A stretch of 64,000 nt of DNA from Pirellulaceae bacterium (lineage in GTDB: Bacteria > Planctomycetota > Planctomycetia > Pirellulales > Pirellulaceae). The DNA is taken from positions 17,879-81,878 of the forward strand of contig CAWILC010000006.1 of NCBI GenBank assembly GCA_963836865.1, given 5' to 3'. A program made the translations under genes and the position numbers. This document shows, piece after piece, positions 29,256 to 37,726 of the stretch (position 1 is the stretch's first letter; every line of letters starts with the position of its first letter). The notes under the pieces were generated by a model, which worked only from the letters and a program-made list of their open reading frames with translations, was not told where the DNA came from and did not search any database.

Positions 29256-30932
29256 TCATTTTCCGCGCGGTTGGTCGTTCAACTTTGGGTCACCCGAATA
29301 AGGTTGACGCTCGAAGATCACGTCGTCGGATGTCCGTGGGTCGCCGGTTGTTGTCAGGTAGTCGATCAGACGGAAGTTGAGTCCTCGTTCGACTTCGACC
29401 AAATTGCGATCGTTCGCCAAGTTGTTCATGCAGTGCGGGTCGGCCTTGATGTCGTAGAATTCGATCTTCGGGCGTTGCCCGAACGCTTTGTCAAAGGCAT
29501 CGGGGTCTTGGGCTTGATGCAGCGCGATCCACGCTTTGGTGGGACTGGCGTCCATGTCGGCGAACGCCACGTGGGTATCTTCGCGGAGCTTTTCTTCGCT
29601 GGGCAGGCTGGCCGGAACCTTTGATCCGGGCGCGTCCGACCCCGCCAATCCATAGCCCGGTGCGGTGCCCATCGGCCAGCGGTCGGGTTCAAAATTGATG
29701 ATGTAAAGGTACTGGTCCGTCCGAATCGCGCGATGCGGATACGGTTTGAATCCAGTGCGTGCCTCCGCGACGTGGCGTTCGCGTCCGGTGTAGACGGCAT
29801 CACGCTTCGCGTCGACTTGACCCGACTTGTCGCTATTGAAAATGGGAACCAGGGAGCTGGCGATCATCGTCTTGGGGGCTTCGACGTTGGCGACTTCCAT
29901 GAACGTGGGCGCGAGGTCGGGCAGCGAGACGAAGTCGTCGACGACTCGGCCAGGCGATTTGATTCCTTTGGGCCACCGGATCGCGAGCGGCACCGCGGTT
30001 CCCGCATCGTAAAGATTGCACTTGCCTCGCGAGACACCCGGCACGCCGTGGTCGCCGCTGACCACCAGTAACGTGTTGTCGTATGCACCAACGCGTTTGA
30101 GCTCTTCGATCAAGACGCCCAAGCCCGCATCGAACGCTTGGACTTCGCCCAAGTAATCCGCCATGTCTTCGCGGATCGTATGGACATCGGGCAGGTACGG
30201 CGGCAAACGGCCTTTCAACTTATCCGGATCGATCTTCCAGAGTTTCTTGCCACTTCCGGCGATCCATTTGCGGTGCGTGTTGGTTGGCCCGAACCAGTAA
30301 CAAAACGGATCGTCGGCTGCATCCAGTTTTCCGTCGTCGTCGGCGTCCAAGAACGACCGGATGTTCATGCGGACTTCGTTTAGAAGCGTTTTCTTGGCGG
30401 CATCATGATCCGCGCTCTTCATCACGTTTTGCGAGAATCCGTTGAACTTTCCGCCGTGTTTGTTGAACGATTTTTTCTTGCCGCCGTGGGGCGCGTTGGC
30501 GGGCTCGCCCGGGCCCCAAACTTTGTAGGTGTGTCCGATGCGGTAACCGTCCGCTTCCAGCAGCAGCGGATACGCGGGAATCGAAAAATCCCAGATCGCG
30601 TCTCGCAAAATTGACGCCCGTTCGCATCGCCAAAACGGCTGGCCGGACAACAACGAACTGCGGCACGGCGTGCAGGACGGTGCGCTGACGAAGGCTCGCG
30701 TGAACAGCACGCCGTCTTTTGCGACCGAGTCGAAGTTCGGCGTCGACACCAAGTCATGAAGTCCATCCGGTTCCAGCGATGCGTAGGCGCTCGCGTACTT
30801 GCCCCAATCATCGGCAAACGCCATCACGATGTTGGGACGATCGGCGATTGCCACCTCCATGGTGCTCAAGAACGTCGCAATGGAAGCGAGCAGAAAAACG
30901 CTGACTTGCGAAATGGAAATTGGTTTCTTCAT
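29256..30932 (-). CDS. Sulfatase (formylglycine-dependent), exported
   Basis: RPNIVMAFADD, CTPCRSSLLSG (CxPxR), SGDHG and GKCNLY motifs. Confidence 0.93.
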   Translation of the reverse strand: MKKPISISQVSVFLLASIATFLSTMEVAIADRPNIVMAFADDWGKYASAYASLEPDGLHDLVSTPNFDSVAKDGVLFTRAFVSAPSCTPCRSSLLSGQPFWRCERASILRDAIWDFSIPAYPLLLEADGYRIGHTYKVWGPGEPANAPHGGKKKSFNKHGGKFNGFSQNVMKSADHDAAKKTLLNEVRMNIRSFLDADDDGKLDAADDPFCYWFGPTNTHRKWIAGSGKKLWKIDPDKLKGRLPPYLPDVHTIREDMADYLGEVQAFDAGLGVLIEELKRVGAYDNTLLVVSGDHGVPGVSRGKCNLYDAGTAVPLAIRWPKGIKSPGRVVDDFVSLPDLAPTFMEVANVEAPKTMIASSLVPIFNSDKSGQVDAKRDAVYTGRERHVAEARTGFKPYPHRAIRTDQYLYIINFEPDRWPMGTAPGYGLAGSDAPGSKVPASLPSEEKLREDTHVAFADMDASPTKAWIALHQAQDPDAFDKAFGQRPKIEFYDIKADPHCMNNLANDRNLVEVERGLNFRLIDYLTTTGDPRTSDDVIFERQPYSGDPKLNDQPRGK

Positions 30933-31066
30933 GATCGCGATTGCTACAGTGAGGTTTCGGACGACTCGAGCGATCCGTCTACGATAACGAACCTCGCTTG
31001 CGTGATGCGGCATCGGACCCGAAAATGCATGCCGATCAAAATGGAAATGGAACCAAGGCGGAAAAC

Positions 31067-31765
31067 ATGAGCGACGAGAACAAAAACAGCAGCGGTGACT
31101 TAAACTCTGCGAAGCCGCTGACCGCGGTCGCGCGGCGAATCTTGGGCGTGCTGGTGGAAAAGGCGAAGACGACGCCGGACAATTATCCGTTGACGTTGGC
31201 GTCGCTGATCAGCGGCTGCAACCAAAAGTCAAACCGCTCGCCGCAGATGGACGTCGACGACGAAGACGCGCTTTTGGCGCTCGACGAATTGAAAGCCGCC
31301 GGTGCGGCTCGCGAGGTGCAAGGCAGCGGCCGAGCGATCAAGTACCGCCACGCCGCGTACGACTGGTTGGGCGTCGATGGGCCGGGTTCGGCGGTGATGA
31401 CGGAGCTGCTATTGCGAGGCGCACAAACGCTGGGCGAGCTTCGCACGCGAGCCTCTCGCATGCACCCGTTTGATGACCTGTCCGCGGTCGAGGCGGTCGT
31501 GCAAAAGCTGATCGAGCAAGGCTTGATCGAAGCGATCACGCCGGCGGGCCGAGGCCAAACGTTCGCACACACGTTGTACACGCCCCAGGAACGCCTGTAC
31601 CTGGAAGCTCGCATCGAAAAGCAAGCCGCCGCGGCGGAATCGAATGCACCTGCGTCGACATCGAAACCCAGTTCCAATCCGGTCGATGGACTGCTGGCTC
31701 GATTGGAAACCGTCAACGAACGCATTGATGCGCTGGAAAAACGGATTGCGGAACTGGAGAGTTGA
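31067..31765 (+). CDS. DUF480 (YceH-like) protein
   Basis: RILGVLVEKAKTTPDNYPLT...CNQKSNR and ELLLRGAQTLGELR motifs. Confidence 0.92.
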   Translation: MSDENKNSSGDLNSAKPLTAVARRILGVLVEKAKTTPDNYPLTLASLISGCNQKSNRSPQMDVDDEDALLALDELKAAGAAREVQGSGRAIKYRHAAYDWLGVDGPGSAVMTELLLRGAQTLGELRTRASRMHPFDDLSAVEAVVQKLIEQGLIEAITPAGRGQTFAHTLYTPQERLYLEARIEKQAAAAESNAPASTSKPSSNPVDGLLARLETVNERIDALEKRIAELES

Positions 31766-31890
31766 CAAACCAAACTGGCTCGCATCCTCCCCTTCTCCAA
31801 GTGATCCGCGAAGAGCCTTTTGACGTTGGGCAGAAATAAGGCTCATCCGTAGGAAGCGTGCCCGTTGCCGAAAATCGAGGTTTTTTGAGG

Positions 31891-32559
31891 ATCGCGGTAG
31901 GGACGGCCGTTGCCGGCCGCCCCCCGCACAGATCCGTACTCGAGCATTTAACTCATACGGCTCCTCCATTAAGGCAAAACGATCACAGCGGTATGCTGCT
32001 ACCAGTCGCGTCGACCGCAACCCAGGGCGACGTGTTGCCCGGTTCAAAGCCCGGCACGTCCAGGTCGTGACCAACTTCCCCTTTGGCGACCGCCTTCCCT
32101 CGATCGACTCCGCCGCGGCGGTTGCCGCGTTGTTCGCCGATGTCAACAGTACTACGCAGTCATCAGACTTCCCGTCAGCGTTCATGACAGCCTTACCCTT
32201 GCGGTTCGCTGTCCGCTGTGGCAGTTAGCCCAACGGGCTCTGCACCACAGGCCGATGGGACCTCCCGGTTCTCGTGTTTGGAATTTTCCACGCATGCACA
32301 GGTTCAACGACTCCGCCAGGTCCGAATCACGCCTTGCCGTTAACGGTGTGCCCGATGTTGCCTTCCCCCTGCCATGACAGGGTCGGCACCTGAGAACTCT
32401 GATTTCGGCGCTCATTAGCTGGCCTACGCTTCCTCCCGCACGGACGCTCAGCGCGCGGACGTTACCGCCCTCGCACCTCCGCCGGAGGCCGAAGTAGTTG
32501 GCTAGACCTTCTTCGTAAGAAACTTTCATTCTCGATTCCAAACCGGTTTATCCCGGCAC
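31891..32559 (-). mobile_element. ORF-less group II intron (IIB-like, about 669 nt)
   Basis: 5' GTGCCG; DI/DIII blocks (GAAGGCAAC, GAACCGGGAGGTC, GGGAAGTCTGA, CGGCGAACAA); DV GAGCCGTATGAGTTAAATGCTCGAGTACGGATC; DVI GGCGGCCGGCAACGGCCGTCCCTACCGCGAT ending in AT; domain IV only about 110 nt. Confidence 0.92.
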
Positions 32560-32561
32560 TC

Positions 32562-32768
32562 CATGGCTCCAGTGTCCAATGATGATCGACAAAGAGCCCT
32601 CAGCGGACGCAAGTCCGCTGGGGGCCGGTCACACCATGGGCGCGCCGTCGGCCGCGATATCCCTTGTCTAGTTGCACCTCTGCAGAGCTCGACTCCGTTT
32701 TTCACGGCAACGGCAGTTTACCAATCCATGGCCCCCCGTTCAAACGATCATTGGACACTGGAGCCATG
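32562..32768. repeat. MITE/REP-like element with 22-bp perfect inverted repeats
   Basis: CATGGCTCCAGTGTCCAATGAT at 32562-32583 and its reverse complement at 32747-32768; a 15-bp partial copy lies at 25501-25515. Confidence 0.8.
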
Positions 32769-32987
32769 CCTTGAAAACCTCCCAAGCACCCTTCCGACAA
32801 ATGAGCCCGCTTTCCTCCCGATTGAAAAGAGACTTCAAGCGATCCGTCGCACATCGACAATCAGCAAGGGCGTCGCGGCCACCGGCACTTGAGCTAAAAG
32901 GGAAAAGTTTCCTTTTTTGCTTGCCCCCCCCTCTGCACCGGTACACTTTCGTTGGATCTGATTCAGCCTCGTCCAAGGACTCGACTC

Positions 32988-34052
32988 ATGCAAGCCAATC
33001 GTCGTCTGCTAACGTTTTTGTGCATCTGGGTTTGGTCGCCAATTTTTGTCAAAGCAGAAATTGTGTCTAGCATCGAGCTTTCGGTAACACCCGAATCGTT
33101 CGGCGGCCAATATCGAGCTGTGGTAGACGCCGGTGCGTTAACGCTTGGGTCCGAACACAATGTCACGCTAACTATTCACAACCCGACAAATGAGGATATG
33201 AAATTTGATGAGATTGTCCCTAGCTGCTCATGCTTGAACGTTCGTGTCGACTCGACCGTTCTGCCGGCCTCCGGTTCGATACAGTTGAGTTTCAAAGCAC
33301 CCGTGCCAAGTAGTATGCGAGAAACCAACGCAAATTGGAGGATCTCATTGAACGGCAAGTCGAGCGGGCGTCCACGCAACCTTTACGTTCTTGTACAATA
33401 TCAGGTCGCAGGAATGTTACAGTTTATGGACCCTCGATCTGTTTTAGAGCTAAGTGCGCTTGTCGACAAACGCACGTTCGAGATACCGCTGCTGGTTACC
33501 GAACCGGTGGCGATTGAGAATCTTGAAGTTTTAATGCCCGATGAGCTAAGTGGGGTAGAGGGAAAGTTCATAGACAGTAACGGCAAAGTCTCTTTAAGAC
33601 TTGAAGTAGTGTCGTCGAAGATTGAGCGTAGCTATTCTTCTGGAAGAGTGGGCGTGATTGATACGAAAACTAGCAAGCATGCCGAAATCGTCGTTGTATT
33701 GAGGAAGCGTGATTCCGTACGTGTATTGCCAACTACACTCCGTTTGTTGCCTGAGGAGGACGCCGGCGATGGAAGTCGGTGCTTTACCGCATTCATTGAA
33801 TTTGATGTTCCGTCCCCTTCGAGGGCGGATGACTCCCCCGCACCTACCCGATCAATGATGGTTGATGCTGCAATCCACGAAAGCCCCATTGCGTTGAACA
33901 TTACCAAGGTATCCGATGGTTTCATAAAAGTTCGTGGAAAGTTGACGGATAAGCAAATCGAGTCGCTAAAAACAAAAGACCCGGACGAGGTGAAGTGGAA
34001 TTTCCGGGCGTTAAATCTTAACAGCACGTTGAAGAGTCGTGTTCGCTACTAG
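32988..34052 (+). CDS. DUF1573-like Ig-fold exported protein (related to 27908..28963)
   Basis: Signal peptide, VDAGAL...IHNP...PSCSCLNV motif; RTFEIPLLVT aligns with RTFSVPLLIT and VLPTTL with VSPSVL. Confidence 0.75.
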   Translation: MQANRRLLTFLCIWVWSPIFVKAEIVSSIELSVTPESFGGQYRAVVDAGALTLGSEHNVTLTIHNPTNEDMKFDEIVPSCSCLNVRVDSTVLPASGSIQLSFKAPVPSSMRETNANWRISLNGKSSGRPRNLYVLVQYQVAGMLQFMDPRSVLELSALVDKRTFEIPLLVTEPVAIENLEVLMPDELSGVEGKFIDSNGKVSLRLEVVSSKIERSYSSGRVGVIDTKTSKHAEIVVVLRKRDSVRVLPTTLRLLPEEDAGDGSRCFTAFIEFDVPSPSRADDSPAPTRSMMVDAAIHESPIALNITKVSDGFIKVRGKLTDKQIESLKTKDPDEVKWNFRALNLNSTLKSRVRY

Positions 34053-34090
34053 TTTTCTGTTTCAGGGTTACTACTAAGGGATGGTGTGCG

Positions 34091-34537
34091 ATGCGTTTGC
34101 AAATGTTCATGGGTTTGGCATTGGTGGCAGGCTGGGCGAGTGCCGATACCTGCTACGAGAATGGATCAATCTCGTGCTACGACTTGGCGGGCTCTAGCAC
34201 GCCGTCGCAATGTGACACGACGGAATGCGAACCTTTGGTTGTCATGGGATCGATTGTAGGTTACAAATGCCCTAGCGGCTCGGAAGATGTGGAGTTCAAC
34301 GGCGATGTGGGAATTGCGGTATGGTCTGACGAAGGCTACGAAAGCGCGGTTACTATGCCTGGGACAGAAAAAGATTGCGTCGCAACTAGGCCTTGCCAGA
34401 GTCTTTGCTGGACAGTTTCTCAGAATGGAACTGACTATTGCTCTCCGAGTGACACCGCCCTCTGGAGTTCCTCAGACCCTTATCTGGATACGATAGCGAC
34501 CGGAAACTACTGTTATAGCTACGACGGTGGGTATTGA
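34091..34537 (+). CDS. Small secreted acidic protein with 10 Cys
   Basis: MRLQMFMGLALVAGWASA|DTC signal peptide; 10 Cys in the mature part. Confidence 0.8.
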   Translation: MRLQMFMGLALVAGWASADTCYENGSISCYDLAGSSTPSQCDTTECEPLVVMGSIVGYKCPSGSEDVEFNGDVGIAVWSDEGYESAVTMPGTEKDCVATRPCQSLCWTVSQNGTDYCSPSDTALWSSSDPYLDTIATGNYCYSYDGGY

Positions 34538-34936
34538 TCGCATTTGAGTCTGATGCTCAGATTGCTTTTGATTGTTCCGCGTCAAGTTTACTAACGGGGA
34601 TTTTTCAAAGGTCTTTCAGGATCGTTTCCCGTGTGGCGAGTGTAGTCTAATGTGGCAGCGTGGTTGGCGCACGATGATGCCGGACGCCGCCGCATTCGAC
34701 TATTTCGATCAATAGCATATCGCGGCCACTGTCGTATTGCTGTTTTTCGACGAATAGCTCGCTATGCCCAGAAATATGGGCGTCGAATCCTCGCGGCAAG
34801 TACGAATTTATTCATTTGGCTCGTTATGTGCTATGGCTTAAGTGCTATGGCCTACGTCTTGGTAGGTCAGCAGTGGCCCTTCGGACGCAACGGGCATCTA
34901 AAGGAAACTTCTCGCAATCTTTCTCGCAACTAATAG

Positions 34937-35962
34937 ATGTGGTCCCAAATGTTCCGTGCTCTTCCGCTGTTGTTTGGATCGTTGTTCGTCTTTTGCATTT
35001 TTGCGTCAGTTTGTTGCTCGCAAACACCCGGCCGTGAAGAACTTGATTCATATCTACGCGTTCACAAGCTGAATTGGTCTGCGGTGGAGAAAATGGATGT
35101 TTGCGTTCGTACCGAGACAACACAAGAGCCCGCTGCTCGAAGTGGCTTTGCGAAAATTACTCACGAACGCTTTGTCTTTGATTGGACGCAGAAGCGTTTC
35201 GCATACGCTAGATTTGGCGAGCGATCGAGCATGACGGACGACACAAATCGAATGACTGAGCAGGTAGGTTTTATTGTGAAAGATGGCCTTGTCCGTACAT
35301 CAACCCGTTCCTCTCCAATTAAAAAACCGCAGCAACTGCAAGACCTGTCGAAGCTTTTCGATGAGTTTCTTGTTCCTGACTTGCGATTGACGATGTTCCC
35401 TCGATTGAACCAGGGCAGGAGCTTGCCTTGGGGTCGGCGGTACGAATCTCAATTTGATTGGACGGCACAAGAGACGAAGGACGTCAATTCGCTTGGATTG
35501 ACCACGAACGGAACCATACGTTTCTCGGTCTTCGACGAACAAAAGCGTGGTTCAAGATACGAGTTTGACGTCACGACTTTGCTTCCGAAGCGTACCGAGT
35601 TGATCTCCGAGTTGGTGCGTCTTGATAATTCGGATCAGCCGCATATCAATGATCGGGAAGACTACCAGTGGACGTTGATCAACGGAATTCACCTTCCCGC
35701 GGAGATCCTTGGAGAGTATTTGGAACGGCAAACGAGTGTCGCTGGCCCTGACCTCGAGCGCCTCCTCAAAGAAGCGAAGGATCTGTCGGCTGTCAAAAAG
35801 TTGTTCCAGGATGCGAAGGGGACTCGCGACGTGCATTTTCATTGGTTTTCAGTCAATGAAGATTTAAACGACGATCGTTTTGACTTTTCTCGATTGGATA
35901 ACCCAAGCGAGTTTGTGCGAATTGCAGACCCCAATGTCAATGGAGCGACGGATATAAAATAG
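34937..35962 (+). CDS. Uncharacterised exported protein (paralog of 26889..27890)
   Basis: Hydrophobic N-terminus; DVCVR..E, RFVFD and YQWTLINGIHLP...HFHWFSVN motifs. Confidence 0.75.
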   Translation: MWSQMFRALPLLFGSLFVFCIFASVCCSQTPGREELDSYLRVHKLNWSAVEKMDVCVRTETTQEPAARSGFAKITHERFVFDWTQKRFAYARFGERSSMTDDTNRMTEQVGFIVKDGLVRTSTRSSPIKKPQQLQDLSKLFDEFLVPDLRLTMFPRLNQGRSLPWGRRYESQFDWTAQETKDVNSLGLTTNGTIRFSVFDEQKRGSRYEFDVTTLLPKRTELISELVRLDNSDQPHINDREDYQWTLINGIHLPAEILGEYLERQTSVAGPDLERLLKEAKDLSAVKKLFQDAKGTRDVHFHWFSVNEDLNDDRFDFSRLDNPSEFVRIADPNVNGATDIK

Positions 35963-35982
35963 CGAGTCAACAGAAAGATAGG

Positions 35983-36038
35983 TGGCGTATGCTTCCAGCT
36001 TGCGGTCGGTCGACATCTCAGGCTGGAAGCATACGCCA
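35983..36038. repeat. REP-like hairpin at the right edge of the second cassette
   Basis: TGGCGTATGCTTCCAGC...GCTGGAAGCATACGCCA perfect 17-bp stem. Confidence 0.7.
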
Positions 36039-36208
36039 TTTTTCAGCATGGACTACTGTTTTATTCGCCCGATCATTCCGCCGCTGCGGGTTGTCCGATC
36101 GAGACTTTGCCGAGGGCGTCCAACCAGCAAGATTTCGCTTGCCCTCACCACCGGCATGATCCATATCCCTTCGTTGAATTCAAACTTGGCTACTCGGGGG
36201 ACTAGGGC

Positions 36209-37714
36209 ATGGCATCGGAACGACCCAACACGGAACGACCCAACACGGAACGCAAAGCACTGGCCGTCAACTTGGACGCTCGACGCTACGGATCGTTCGC
36301 CGAGATCGGTGCCGGACAAGAAGTCGTGCGATGGTTCTTTCGCGTCGGTGGTGCCGCCGGGACGATCGCCAAGAGCATGTCCGCTTATGACATGTCCGTC
36401 AGCGATGCGATCTATGGCCAGTGCGATCGCTACGTTTGTCGTCAACGTCTGGAACAGATGCTGGACCGCGAACACAGTTTGAACTTGGAACGTCTGCGTG
36501 AGAGCCGCGGTGACACGACGGCGTTCTTTGCGTTCGCCGATACCGTTTCGGCACGAAACTTTCACGGCACCAACGACTGCCACGGTTGGATGGGCATTCG
36601 ATTTCAAGCCCACCCGCGCGATCAAGATAGCGAGATCATCCTTCACGTCCGCATGTTGGACACCGAAAATTCGCTGCAACAGGAAGCACTCGGTATCGTC
36701 GGTGTGAACTTATTGTACGGCGCGTTCTTCCTGAACCACGAACCCGATCAGTTGATCGAATCGCTGCTGGATAATTTGACGACGCGACGCATCGAAATCG
36801 ACATGATCGAGTTCAAAGGCATCGCGTTCCGTCACGTCGACAACCGCGTGATGAGTCTGCGATTGGTCCAACTGGGCCTGAGCAACGCGGCGATGTTTTC
36901 GGCCAGCGGCGAAGTGCTACAACCGTCTGAAGTGCTTTACAAAAAGCCGATTTTGGTTGAACGCGGCAGCTTCCGTCCGCTGACCAACGTCAACATCGAC
37001 ATGTTAGATGCAGCGAAAGAGAAGTTCGTGCTGGAAGAGGGTGTCGACGCAAACGAAGTCGTTTCGCTGGCCGAGATCACGATGCGAAACTTGAAGGCCA
37101 ACGGCGAAATCGACTTGCGTGACTTCTTGGCGCGCGTCGACATGTTGGCCGCTTGCGGGATGACGGTGTTGATCTCGGACTACTTCGAGTACTACCGTTT
37201 GGCGGCTTACCTGTCGCGCTACAGCAAGCGAAAGATCGGCATCACGATGGGTGCGGCCAGCTTGGCCGAACTGTTCGATGACAAGTATTACACGACGCTG
37301 GATGGCGGCATCTTGGAATCGTTCGGACGACTTTTCAAGAACGATTTGAAGCTTTACATCTATCCACTGCTCAATCGCGAAACGGGCGAACTGACGACGG
37401 TCGACAACTTGCAGATCGCCGATGAACTGCGAACCCTGTACACGTACTTGATCGACAAAGGTTGCATCGAACAACTCGACACGCACGACCCGTCCCACCT
37501 GTCGACGTTCTCACGCGAGGTGCTGAAGCAAATTCAAAACGGCGATCCCGACTGGATGAATCACGTCCCGCCGCAGGTGGCCGAGCTGATTCAAACTCGC
37601 GGGTTCTTTGGCTGTCGTCGAATGCCGGCAGCGAAGGCTGGACTATCAGGGCCGGCACCGATCGCACCTGCCGCGGGTTTGCTGACGTCGATGCCAACGT
37701 TCGTTGGTGGTTGA
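36209..37714 (+). CDS. Nicotinate/nicotinamide-nucleotide adenylyltransferase-like conserved protein
   Basis: YGSFAEIGAGQEV, AGTIAKSMSAYD and ERGSFRP motifs, and a VPPQVAELI C-terminus like NadD. Confidence 0.65.
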   Translation: MASERPNTERPNTERKALAVNLDARRYGSFAEIGAGQEVVRWFFRVGGAAGTIAKSMSAYDMSVSDAIYGQCDRYVCRQRLEQMLDREHSLNLERLRESRGDTTAFFAFADTVSARNFHGTNDCHGWMGIRFQAHPRDQDSEIILHVRMLDTENSLQQEALGIVGVNLLYGAFFLNHEPDQLIESLLDNLTTRRIEIDMIEFKGIAFRHVDNRVMSLRLVQLGLSNAAMFSASGEVLQPSEVLYKKPILVERGSFRPLTNVNIDMLDAAKEKFVLEEGVDANEVVSLAEITMRNLKANGEIDLRDFLARVDMLAACGMTVLISDYFEYYRLAAYLSRYSKRKIGITMGAASLAELFDDKYYTTLDGGILESFGRLFKNDLKLYIYPLLNRETGELTTVDNLQIADELRTLYTYLIDKGCIEQLDTHDPSHLSTFSREVLKQIQNGDPDWMNHVPPQVAELIQTRGFFGCRRMPAAKAGLSGPAPIAPAAGLLTSMPTFVGG

Positions 37715-37726
37715 TCAGAAAAGGGG

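Noticed and set aside
31409-32541. ORFs 31409..32185 and 32182..32541 (-) as an intron-encoded protein
   Set aside because: They are translations of ribozyme RNA and antisense DUF480 sequence; no RT motifs such as YADD.
34652-34933. 93-aa ORF between the Cys-rich gene and the exported partner
   Set aside because: Weak start and an Arg-rich atypical N-terminus; only one hydrophobic stretch. It may be a remnant but cannot be supported as a gene.
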